Assembly: GCA_000934665.2 (NCBI GenBank)
Contig: KZ538769.1
Location: 62,001-126,000 of the forward strand
Direction of reading: 5' to 3'
Length of the DNA stretch: 64,000 bases
Origin: Catajapyx aquilonaris
Taxonomy: Eukaryota
Shown: positions 13,541-24,600 of the stretch, piece by piece
Layout of the letters: every line of letters begins with the position of its first letter
Position numbering within the stretch: the first letter of the stretch is position 1
Position numbers and translations under genes: made by a program
Notes under the pieces: generated by a model
Told to the model about the DNA's origin: nothing
Database searches by the model: none
What the model saw: the letters and a program-made list of their open reading frames with translations, nothing else

Positions 13541-13751
13541 AGGCCGGTACCGACATGAAAGTTTTCTCGTGCAAGAGGAGCCAAATGTGCATGCCAGGAT
13601 CCGAGGAGAGATAAAAGTACAAAATTTTCAACTTTCATCCCCTTTCCGAGGGACCAGAGGGACCTGAGGCGACGTAGAGTCCGTCTCGGCGTAGAAGATT
13701 CCTCGCTCAAGAGGACTCTTGCCCGAGAAACTCTTACATCGATACCGACCT
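13541..13751. mobile_element. PIF/Harbinger (Tourist-like) MITE
   Basis: TIRs AGGCCGGTACCGACATGAAAGTTTTCTCGTGCAAGAG / CTCTTGCCCGAGAAACTCTTACATCGATACCGACCT, with TAA on both sides. Confidence 0.7.
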
Positions 13752-14234
13752 TAAGAGTGAGTCATCTACGTCACTGACAAGTTAATTTTCACCTGGAAGT
13801 GGAGCTCCAAACAAACAAACAAAAACCAATGAGGCAATGTGTGTGGGGGGTTTATTGCTGACCTTAATTGAAAGGCGACATGCACATACTGGACCATGTC
13901 TGAAATTCGTTCCGTAGTCCTGACCTAATCCTACAAGCAGTGCAGCTTGTTATGTACAATTACCTTGCAATATATTACTCTTCCTCAAATCAGCAAATCC
14001 TTAAATCTTCATCCAATTACTTTCCATCCAATAGGTGCAACCAAAGAACCACAAGTCAGGACGACGACACTTATAATTATTACTGTACAACCTAATCCTA
14101 CAAGCAGTACAGCTTGTTATGTACATTTAAGATCAGTCTCGCACACCCATTCACCCTGTTACTTTCAATCCCATTGGTACAACCTCAGGAACCATAAGCC
14201 AGGATGACTACACTAATTACAATCTAATACTACA

Positions 14235-15312
14235 GCAATTCAGCATGTTATGTACGAGGGCAAATCAAAAAGTAACTCACAGCTTTTTTATTTCCGAAGC
14301 TACACAACAGAAACTGAAACTGAGATATACATAAGAAAGGACAAGTCTTTCTCTAATTTTAGACATATTCATCATACACTTTGGTACACTTGTCCCACTG
14401 GAACACGACTTTTTCCATGACACGGCAGAAAAATACCGTCAGGCTGGCTGGGAAGCCAGGGGGGATGGCAATGGCATAAGAGAAAATAGATAGTTCAACC
14501 GGACGCCATCTTGAATAGAAATGAAAGTGAACTGTGTGGGTGGCCATGGGGAAAGAATTGTGGGAAAATTCGTAAATAAGTTTAAAGTGAGGCTTTGCTG
14601 GGACAGCAAGTTCATAGGGAGATAAAAATATTTATATTCAACAAATATTTAACAACCGGTTTCAAGATTCAGATTCAGCATGACTTAGATTTTGAAATTA
14701 GTTTCCTGAAATAACTACCACAATAACAATCAAAAAGTCTAAATTCTGCCAAGTACCGTACAAGCAACCACCCATGGCCCCACGCAAATACCATTTATAA
14801 AGTGATTTGATTTACTATATTTTTCCCAGGAGCGTCATGGCAGCTGTGTGGCAGCCAAAGGTTTTTTCAGCTTCAGGTTGATGGGGCTAGCGGCATTGGG
14901 TTAAGCGGTGTATTTCCTCTATGTCATTGGCTGACAGGCCTCTTTCACTTCCTCCATGTTGCTGAAATGCTGATCGGCCAGGTGCCACTTTATTGGTACA
15001 AAATTATGGTCTTAACCGTGGTCTACCATTATCTTGGACCAAAAAAGAAGCACTGGCCTGTCAAGACCTAGCGACATCGAGGAAGTGAACGAGGCCATCC
15101 GCCACTGACTTTTCAGCCAGCCTGACACTTTTTTCTGCAGTGTCATTGGAAAAAGTCGTGTCCCGGTGAGACAAGTGTACGAAAGTGTGTGGTGAATATG
15201 TCCAAAATTAGAGAAAGACTGGACCTTTCATATGTATATCTCAGTTTTAGTTTCCGTTGTGACACTTCAGAAATAAAAAAGTTGTGAATCATTTCTTTTT
15301 GATTCGCCCTCA
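14235..15312. mobile_element. Non-autonomous mariner-derived element with ~230-bp inverted arms
   Basis: TA-CGAGGGCAAATCAAAAAG ... CTTTTTGATTCGCCCTCA-TA. The arm encodes WDKCTKVYDEYV, similar to a mariner transposase C-terminus. It is inserted at the TA of the array-unit motif GTTATGTACA. Confidence 0.8.
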
Positions 15313-15936
15313 TACAATTCAAGTTTTTCAATCGTGCTAGCCTTTATAATTTATATCATCATCCAATCCAATTACTTTTAATGCAATGGGTACAACCAAA
15401 GGACCATAAGCCAGGATGACTACACTAATTAATACCTAATTCTACAAGCAGGTCAGCTTGTTATGTACAATTCTAGTTTTTCTCACTCGCAAAGATCTCC
15501 ATCTTCATCCAGTTACTTTCAATCCAATGAGTTCAACCAAAGGATCATAAGCCAGGATGACTACACTAGCTACAATCTAATCCTACAAGCAGTGCAGCTT
15601 GTTATGTACATTTTAACTTTCTCACTCTGACCAACCTTTAACTCTTCATCCAGTTGCCGTCAATCCAAAGGGTACAACCAGAGGACCATAAGACAGGATG
15701 ACTACACTAATTACCACTAATTACTGTACAAACTAATCCTACAAGCAGTGCAGCTTGTTATGTACATTAATCATGTTCTCAACTTGCCAATCTGAAAGTC
15801 ACCATCCAATTACTTTCAATCCAATAATTACTACTACGGGACCATAAGTCAGGACAACTAAAGTAATAATATAAAATCCTACAAGAAGTGTTGCTTGTTA
15901 CTGTGCACATTCAAAATTACTAAACCTTAAAAGAAC

Positions 15937-15988
15937 GATCCAACTATTCTCGATCCAACTATTCTCGATCCAACTATTCTCGATCCAA
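15937..15988. repeat. 15-bp tandem repeat (GATCCAACTATTCTC)x3
   Basis: Directly visible. It abuts a truncated Harbinger-like MITE ending ...CACATGTAAACACACCTTAA near 16175. Confidence 0.85.
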
Positions 15989-16422
15989 TGGATAGAATCA
16001 CAGGAGCGTAAAGATGCGTCGACATGGGAATGATTTGATTGCGCGATGTCATCGCCGAGCGATGAATCCAATTGTTTGGGGCAAAAATCGATTGTTACAG
16101 TGATTATTACTTGCGCCCCAAACAATTGAATACAATGCTCTGCGATCAAATCGCTCACATGTAAACACACCTTAAGTCAGGATGTGTGTGTGTGTTATTA
16201 CACTAGTTACATCATAATACTAAGAGAAGTGCAGGTTATCGTACACTGTATGTGCCATCTTGGTAATCTAACAAGCCTAAAATCTTGGAACACTTTCAAT
16301 CCAATGGAAAAGGTGATAGAAAATATTATCTTGCAGTGAGACTAAAAAGTCTCTTCCACGCCACTTTTTAACCAAATATTGCTGACTCACATTTAAGAAT
16401 TGTTTCAGATCCAACCTCACAA

Positions 16423-19400
16423 TTACTCACTGAGCACTTTTGTAGGGGTTGCAGTATTTCCTACAGTTTCCATCAGGTTTTCCAATCGATCCTCATGGAT
16501 TGAATCCCTAATGGCTTTGAAGAATTCTCGGTAATAATGCAGATTGTGACTGGAAAAAAAAAGAGAGAAAAAAAGAACTGTTCAAGCTGAAATTTAATTT
16601 GCAATGATGTGAACCAAGGACAGCTGCGAATCAAAATATGCTGAATTTTATAATTAGATGTTTTATGTCGTTTCCAAAGGCTGCCTGCACCGATTGTCGC
16701 AGAAGTGACGCAAAATAATTGCAAAAGGTTACTGCTGGTGCCATCACAACAAACACGTCCCAATTGAGGATTGCTTAATAGTTAGGTGTCCTTATCTATC
16801 ACTCACATCATGAGAAGAACCGAGCCCAACATCTCTTGAACATTGAGGAGGTGGTGGATGTAAGCTCTTGTGAATTTCCTGCATGTGTAGCAGCAACATA
16901 CCTCACTGAGAGGTCTGAAGTCGTCACTGAATCTGTGGAAGTTCCAATTGCAGTAAATCTGATAGAGAATTACCAACAGGTCCTACTTACTCTCGATCCT
17001 TTAATGCAATTCCAATGTCCCCATTCCTTGGCTCACCATTTCCATCACCTCCTCCAGTTTCAACTGGTTTTGGAATGTCTCTGAAACACCAACAACAGTC
17101 AGGAATGTTTCCTCCAGAAAATGGGACTTAATTTCCTTATGCTCCAAGTCAAAGTCTCAATGCACAGACATGTACATTTTCAGGCGGCACTAGATTTGGA
17201 AAAGTTCTCGCAGAGCACGTACAACAGCCTCAAATAAATCATGACAGGCAAAATAATAATAAGAATAAAGGACACAGGCAGCTCAAAGACAGCTACCAAC
17301 TTTGTAACCATAAGAGGCACTGTTTATGAGACGTTTCCTGCCAATTTAGGTGCGTCTTTTCTTGTGCTGGTTAACCACATTCAGCAGAAACACTAGGAAA
17401 ATGCTGTACTTCTGCCAGGACCACAAAATATTTCAGCCATAAGACTAGTTTCTGATCTATCCAGGGTTGACTACCTCAGTCATATAAATGCAATTCTGGT
17501 AGTCACTTACAAAAATTCCCTACATTCAAATTTTTGATGGTTGGAGGGTGTATACATTTTTTTTAAACGTATGAGGGATGTTCATAAAGATAAAGTTTCC
17601 TCCTTAGTGTCGACTTCTACAATTATGATGTCTGACAGGTTGTACATTGCTGGGGAAAATGTGTGACTCAGCAGGATTAGAATAAAGAGAAGGGCTAACA
17701 CACATGTGCAGTTTGAACGGTTTCTCTCTTTTCCTTCAACCCTAAGGAGGGATGAACACCCCTCGCATAAGTAAATATGAACAATTCATGAGCTGAAGAA
17801 ATGAAGGCTCATACTCACTTTTTGTTTACATCGAATTTGAATGTCAGTGCCCTTCCTGCTTCAGTCCATTGATAGGGAAAGGATGAGTCAAAAGTATCAA
17901 TGCCCAAATGCACCAGTTGCAACACAGTGAATGGGTCAAAGGCACCATGCATCACACGAGGCTTCTGCTCTGGTAAATGTTGCTACAAAAAAAGGTGACA
18001 ATAACTGTAAAAATAACTAATGGAAACTTCAAAACTAGCAACTGATAGTAATGCAGTCACCTGGCCAACCTACCAGAGTTGAACTGACCACATTGCACAA
18101 CAGCTCAGTGTCAAGCTTTTCAATGCTTCCGTTTGTGTGAAATCCATCAAGAACAAATCCAGACACAGGAAACTGAGCCGTTTCAGTTGCTGCCTTCTCC
18201 CTGGACTTGATGCAATATCCGCCTTCAATCACACCCAAAATTCCACTTTGGCTCAAAACCTGCAAATAAAATGCATATGTAGTACTCGCAAACCAAAATT
18301 TGCGGACATCAAATATGATGCAGACGGTACACAAAAACTGATCAGCAGGAAATTAACATAAATATCTTTTGCAATTTCAACTTTGATCAAGGGGTAATCA
18401 CTCATCAAGTCCGTTGTACAGTACTGTATAAGGCGCCAAGTCTGGCCAAGTCCTGGCTCAAGTCTGGCTTGTTACAAGTCTTTTGTACGCTCAACTTCCG
18501 AATGATTTACCCCTTGACTTTGATAGTCTGATACTTGATGAATTACATAAAACGCCCCAGTAATGACTTCCTATACAAGATTTTCTCATGCCATTTACGA
18601 TTTGAATCCTACCTTTGATTCCTGATGACTTTTAATGCACTCTGGCAGGTAAGTCAGAGTCCTGTCTATTGCTTTCCTTATTCTCTTTTTGCTGCTGTTC
18701 TGATCAGTGTCTCCGTCACATAGGGCTTGATACAAACAAGGGCGGTAGGATTCCACCACTTTCATGTACTTTGCAACATTCAGTTGCTTCCTTCCAGATC
18801 GAGACCACACTGAAATTCCCCCACTGTCATTATAGCCAGGAGGTGTGGCCTGCGCAGGATCTTGAACGCTGCAGTAAACTGGATGTTCCTGAAATCCAAG
18901 AACATTTGCAATATTCAAACATTACTCCCACACTTGGATCAGCAACAGCTTTTCGCAACACGTGGTGTACTTTGGCCTGTTCCATACGAAACGTATTACT
19001 GAATCTGCTCATTCAGTTCATCTCACCTGCATTCCTACAAATCCAGCGATGCCTTGCCCTAACTTGTCCACGGCAGGAAAAAACTCCAAGGTGTTGGCGA
19101 TCGGGACCTGGACCATGGGCAAGTCCAGTTTGGCCATCATCAGAACTTCATGGGTCAGGTGGGGCACAGCACCTCCCTGAAAGAGTATCTCATAGCATCA
19201 ACAACACAATAGCATACAAATTCCACAAAAACCAATGGTTTCAAATAGGCCACTCTCTTTTTAAAAAAATAAAATAAAATAATAAATGAAAACCCACTCA
19301 CCTTTCAAAACCGTAAAAAAAAAAAAATCACGCAGAAATCGTGCAATAAGCGCCAATTGGGGCAGACCAAGCCCCATGGAGCTCTTTAATCAGAGCATAT

Positions 19401-19897
19401 GAGTAGACAAAGAGGGCTGCCTTTCTTTTCTTCTGGTGGGAGACGCCCAGTTTGACCCCACCAACCCCAGCTTGGGGTGCAGCACATTCCCAGGCGGCTG
19501 TACCCCCATCTCCCTTTTTCGCCACCGAGCAAAACCGATCAGGCCATATGGGTTCATCTCTTCACATCTGGGTCTACTAGTAAACATGCCACCCGAGAAG
19601 CCTAGCCTCCTCCTCTAATGCCAAACCTGCTGCGCCATACACACACTAACCCTAAAATCGAACTATGACTCCCCCTGATTGTTGTGTATGAGTCGACGAG
19701 TTCGGATTCCTTCCTTCCTCCCCTGGGATCGCAAGCTAGGTACACGAATCGTACACTTGCAGTGATGAGGCGAGGCTTATTACCTTTGTGTGCACGAGGA
19801 GGGCGGGCGTCTCCACCTGGCCTGATTCGAGTCCTTCCCAGGTCCCCAGGCGCGCACCGCCTCGGCCAGACTCCCGGCTGCGAAGGACCCACCTCAT
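16423..19897 (-). CDS. QTRT2: Queuine tRNA-ribosyltransferase accessory subunit 2, ~410 aa. Exons 19897-19784, 19176-19027, 18888-18613, 18259-18074, 17982-17819, 17080-16991, 16932-16807, 16549-16423
   Basis: GARLG..ETPALLVHTKGGAVPHLT, YCSVQDP, QALCDGDT..KKRIRKAIDRT, LPEQKPR, GIDTFDSSFPY, and Zn-site CCCYTCRKFTRAYIHHLL..HNLHYY. All introns are GT-AG with consistent phases. Confidence 0.92.
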
Positions 19898-20068
19898 GGC
19901 CCCACCCAGCCAGCAACAGGAGGAGGGCGTAACAACAACAACCATGCAACAACAACAAGGGCCAAACACACCACGTGCTACGAACCGACCGCCATGTTGG
20001 CCGACCGGCGACTGGCCTGACATCTGGCGGAGATGAGATGCGGCCGGATTGTCTTGGTTCATTATGTT

Positions 20069-20311
20069 GCCGTTTACATGTGACAAGCTCCCTTGATACA
20101 GCCAGTCGGAGCTCGAGATCTTGCAAGACGCATGCGCAGTATGATAATACACTGGATGGTATAACCTGGTTTTGATTGGTCCAAACTGGTGCCGTTTACA
20201 TGAAACAAGATGCGAAATGACAAGCCAATCGTAACTCGTCCCTTGCTATATGCATGCGCACTATTGCAGTGTGGTGGATGGTGTAAACGCATTCTGATTG
20301 GTCCAATCTGG
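20069..20311. promoter_or_regulatory. Duplicated ~120-bp module upstream of QTRT2, each copy with GCATGCGCA (NRF1/Ewg-like) and a CCAAT box
   Basis: Two direct copies (20069-20189 and 20191-20311) of GCCGTTTACATG..GCATGCGCA..GGATGGT..TGATTGGTCCAA.CTGG. Confidence 0.45.
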
Positions 20312-20577
20312 AGCTGTATCATGTGCGGAAAGTTCAAATTGTTATTGTATCGTTATTATATTAAAATGGTATAAATTTATATATTTATTCAAAAATGCAA
20401 TGTAAAATTCAACTATTTATTCCAAAATGTTAAATTCAAATGTTTATTCAAAAATTCAATTCAAAATTCAAAATAATATTTCTTCCAAAATTTAAAAATA
20501 GGGGATATTGAAGTAGCGATCATTTTAGGCATTGTTCAAAGAATGATTAAGTATATAGTCAATACATTGAAAAGTAT

Positions 20578-20931
20578 GGGGAGGTGTGGTGGCCGAGATG
20601 GTAACGTCTCTCGGCTTGCTGTGTGAAAGGCCCCAGGTTCGATCCCCGCCTGGAGAACTTTCCTTTCACCTGCGTCAGGAGGGTCTGCGGTCTCTGACCT
20701 GCACCAAGGAGGTATCTGGCCACCTAACCTCCTGGGGAACTGCACATGACTCCTTTTCAGACATTGCACTTGCACCCATGTTCCCTCCCCGAAAATCCCT
20801 ATCCTTACCCAATTTCCTTGATTCCTTGCACCGAAGTTGTGAGAAACTTGAACAAAAATAAATAAAGGTTCATGCGATATACCCCCGGTTGGGAGTGAAA
20901 GCATTACCCACAGTTATTATTATATTAATAT
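20578..20931 (+). mobile_element. tRNA-derived SINE, full length
   Basis: Pol III A box TGGCCGAGATGG, B box GGTTCGATCC and a TTA-rich tail. 15-bp TSD TACATTGAAAAGTAT at 20563-20577 and 20932-20946. Confidence 0.85.
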
Positions 20932-20974
20932 TACATTGAAAAGTATTATATAATAATTAATTAAAATCAAAATA

Positions 20975-21046
20975 TGGTGGGGCCCAAAAAGACCCCACGG
21001 CACGGTTGCCGTAATACTCGTAGGCACGGCACGGTTCCAGGGTTAA
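20975..21046. mobile_element. Possible solitary piggyBac-like terminus
   Basis: Subterminal repeat CACGGCACGGTT x2 ending in GGG-TTAA. No matching opposite end was found. Confidence 0.35.
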
Positions 21047-21630
21047 TTCCCCGAATATGGTTGTAATTTAACAATTTAATATGGAACACACTGGCCTGCA
21101 GATATCATGCTTGCGTCTCGAAGAACCTCCCCTCGACGACGAGGGCACTGTCACACCCGGGCGACCGCCGGTTTGGCCGTAATGAATATTCAGAGGCAGC
21201 CCTGCACGCGTGGATCCCACTCATCCCCCTGAAGCTACAGGCTCGACTCACGCTTCGAGACGCAAGTGGCGGCCCCTGTGGGTTGGATCGCCATGTTGGG
21301 TAACCACTGACTGGCCTGCCTTATGGCTTAGGCGGTGTAGGGGCATTCAAGCAATCACACCCAACAAGGTCTAGAAATTAATGAAGTCCTTTCTTTGTAT
21401 TTCAGAAAAAGGATTCTCAAGCTGCACTTGCACAGTACACCAAAAATTGACAACAGGCATTCATAAAATAATGTCAAACACTTTCTGGAAAAGGTCATCA
21501 AGTTGGTTGGAAGAGTAAAGTTCCACAACAAATTTTCACTTTGATATGAACTCAGAAAATGTTCGATGGTCACACTATCGTTGCACTTTTGTACTGTATG
21601 AAGTTTCACCATCATTTTACATTCCTCATT

Positions 21631-24600
21631 TCAAAGCTTGTTATTCGTGTTCTTGTAATCCTGGTTCCTTTTGTTTGCCAACCGATGGTCAAACCTTTTT
21701 CTCTTGCTCACTGATGTGGGATGCATATTGAGATTGACATATTGCTGAGACCTACGTTTGATGCCACGCCCTCCACTTGAGTCGCAACCAAAATTTTCCA
21801 ATGCAGAAACTTTTTCAGCAGTTGTTTTCATGGCGTTGTATGTGTCTGTAAATGTCGTGAATGCTGGAGAAAACAAATGAGGTTCCTTGCGAAGGCTGCT
21901 GAGTACATCTGCGGAAACTTTATGCCAAGCAGCTGTCAATTTGTCAACCAAAGGCACGTGTTCTTGAAGGCCACTACAACTAGGTGACAGATCATCACTT
22001 GAGGAGGGTGAACAAGGGGTTGGGGAAGGCATCTCCACATCACACTCTCCAGGCAAAGGACCCTGCAATGAATTGGGACAGGTTGCTGATGCTTCCTTGT
22101 CACCCAATGCTACGAAATGGAGAGACAACTTCTCAGCAGCTGATATGGGGAAATGCATTGAATTGAGCTTTGCATATCTGCAAACGGCAAACTGGTGTTT
22201 GCAAGCCCCTCCTTTCAGTCCTATGGGACAGCTACAGCTCCAGATTGACACATCCACAGAATATGTTCTTGCTTCCTTGTTTTGTACAGTGTACATCTCT
22301 GTTCCAGGGATTTGAGCTACTTTCAACCTGGTTGCCTTTTCCCCAAGTTTGATGAAGCCCTGCTTGCGACACTGGCCTGGTTTTGCTGGTAGCAAGCGTA
22401 ATATCTTTCGTCGGTAGTACATGTCCACCTCATCAGTCAGGAAGACGAACAATCCAACAGTGTTATATGCCCTGCTTCTGAGCAGTATCTTGTCTTGAAG
22501 GACACCATGGGCTGCCTTGTCAAGATTGCTCATGTTGTGCCCATGCATTTGGATCTCTGCTCTGTGGCATAGAGCCCACTCTTCACGCCTGTCATATAAC
22601 TCACAGAATCGGTTCAACAAGGTCATGTACTTTGCAACAGTAGGATCTGTGCAGATTTCCTGGAAATTCTCATCTAATTCCTCTTCAGTTCTGGAGTGCA
22701 CTAGTCTCTTCACAGCAGCAAAGACTTTCACCCTATCCAGTGCTGTGACTTCAGATTCTGCATCAAATATGAAGTGCCACTCAGTTTGCAGGATGTGTAA
22801 AATGCAAGGAACTAAGACTGATGAGGGAAAGAAACTGCTCAGACTCTTCCTTTCATCTCTTGAGTCATCAGTGATGAAGACAGCCGGACCCTCCCAACCC
22901 CTTCCAAAGAAGGCTCTCTCTGGCAGCACACTCTTGAGGAGCTGTAAAGCTTTGCTTATGAGGAGCTCACACCCTGAGCTAGTAATTAAAGCTCCAAGTG
23001 GCAAGCCTCCAACACTTGAATGGGCCATCAAAACAAACACTTGGCACTGACACCTGTCCATGTTCAATACAGTCACAAGTTCTGCAGCAGTGGGCAATTC
23101 TTGGTGCACCCGCCGCATAAGTGGTGAACACACAGAAATTGCAAAAAAATCATCGCCTGATTCCATTGCTGCACAATTACACCCACACCTTTCATTGTAT
23201 GCAGCAATTCTTTCTCTCAACTTCTGTTTCATCCTTTCTCCTTGATCATTACCATTCTGCTTAGAAATCAGGTTGGACTTGAGGTGATACACCCACTTTA
23301 GATCTGGGCAGAGAGAGCGATCAGATAATACTCTTAAGTAGTTGTGTCCATGCTCTAGTTGCAGGTCCCTCTTGTGCTCTCGAAGGGCAGACATTGGCTT
23401 ATGAGTCACGAGAAGTTCACAGAATTTTTCTCGAACTTCAGGAGCAGGATCACGACGGGCGAGTGCCTGAGCTGACTGTATGAAGTGGTTGTGGGTGTGT
23501 AAAATTACCACTTTGCATGGGTATTCCTTAAATTCTGGGACATTTCTCCTGAAATAGATAAAAGGGAACTACAGTACTGTCATTCATATCTAGTGGCTGA
23601 TTAAAAAGAAGAAAAAATAACTTTTTGCACATATCATCAAACGCCTCAGTGTCTGAAGAGAGGTTTTGATTGACTCAGTGGCATATGTCATGACATAATT
23701 CCCTAGAATTACAACACCACTCCTTTGACCAAAACTGGTAAGGATGAAGGTCGCATGCATATAACAAGCCCAGGCTGGATTGGTGCAGAGCCTGCATGCG
23801 ACTTTTGTCCTGACTGGTTTGTGCAGCACACAATTTCTGAGACTGGCCTTTGGTGCAATAACAAGTGACTCTTTTTAAACCAGCTCCCTCTCTTTCATCA
23901 GTGAAATTCCACATTTTGGGGGGAGCAGCAAAAATGGTCACAATAGAAGCGCATTGGCATGCCAAAGTATAAAGGCCTCATTTTTAATGCACTCACAAGC
24001 ATCCTGAAGGAAGTAGAGTTCAGAACAACTCAATTTTTTGGAAAACAAAGACAAAACAAGAATGCACATACTAGAAATGTGAAAATCGTACATGTAAGGC
24101 ACCAAAGTAGGACCCCCAATTGATTTTTTCCTGTGTAAAGTTCTAAATTGTTAAAGTTACTATTAATTTCTCAATGTCAAAAAAAAGTCATCAATTACTT
24201 AAGAATCGGCTACATCAGTATCCACAAAACAAATTACTGTAAAGGGCATTTTTTAATTTAGTAAAAACTTGCAATAATGATGCTTTAGAAAAAGTTCTCC
24301 TAATGTCAGATATCTTCTCCTCATAATTTGGACCTCCAAATATAAGTAATTGTTCAGGAGAAAATGAAAACAAACCTAGGTTATGCAAGAGGGATGGCCC
24401 AGCATTGGTGTACCTTCCACCTCTGAGGTCCCTAGCTCAATCATTATGTTGCTACGTCTTTATAATATTTGTAAAATGTGACAGATATTTCTGATCAATT
24501 TTTGTAATCTTATTAGCACGAGCAGAAGTCATAGTAGCACCTTACTGTTTCAAGGATGGTTTGCCAATAGTAAGCCCTAGTTGTGCTTGGCAGTTGGTAT

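Larger units (their letters stand above)
9250..16300. repeat. Diverged tandem repeat array, ~135-165 bp unit, about 16 clear units plus degenerate ones, interrupted by transposon insertions
   Basis: Recurring core ACAACCTAATCCTACAAGCAGTGCAGCTTGTTATGTACA, plus TTCATCCAATTACTTTCAATCCAA..CAACCAAAGGACCATAAGCCAGGATGACTACACTAAT. Units occur near 10040, 10170, 10305, 10440, 10600, 10735, 11505, 11645, 13945, 14110, 14225, 15455, 15595, 15750, 15895 and 16230. Confidence 0.85.

Noticed and set aside
10000..16300. CRISPR-like repeat-spacer array
   Set aside because: The context is eukaryotic, there are no cas genes, the units are long, and the variable segments are homologous to one another rather than unique spacers.
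20578..20655. tRNA gene
   Set aside because: No good cloverleaf or acceptor stem. It continues into a SINE body with tail and TSD.
21100..21280. RNase P/MRP, SRP or 7SK RNA
   Set aside because: Diagnostic conserved motifs were not recognisable on either strand.
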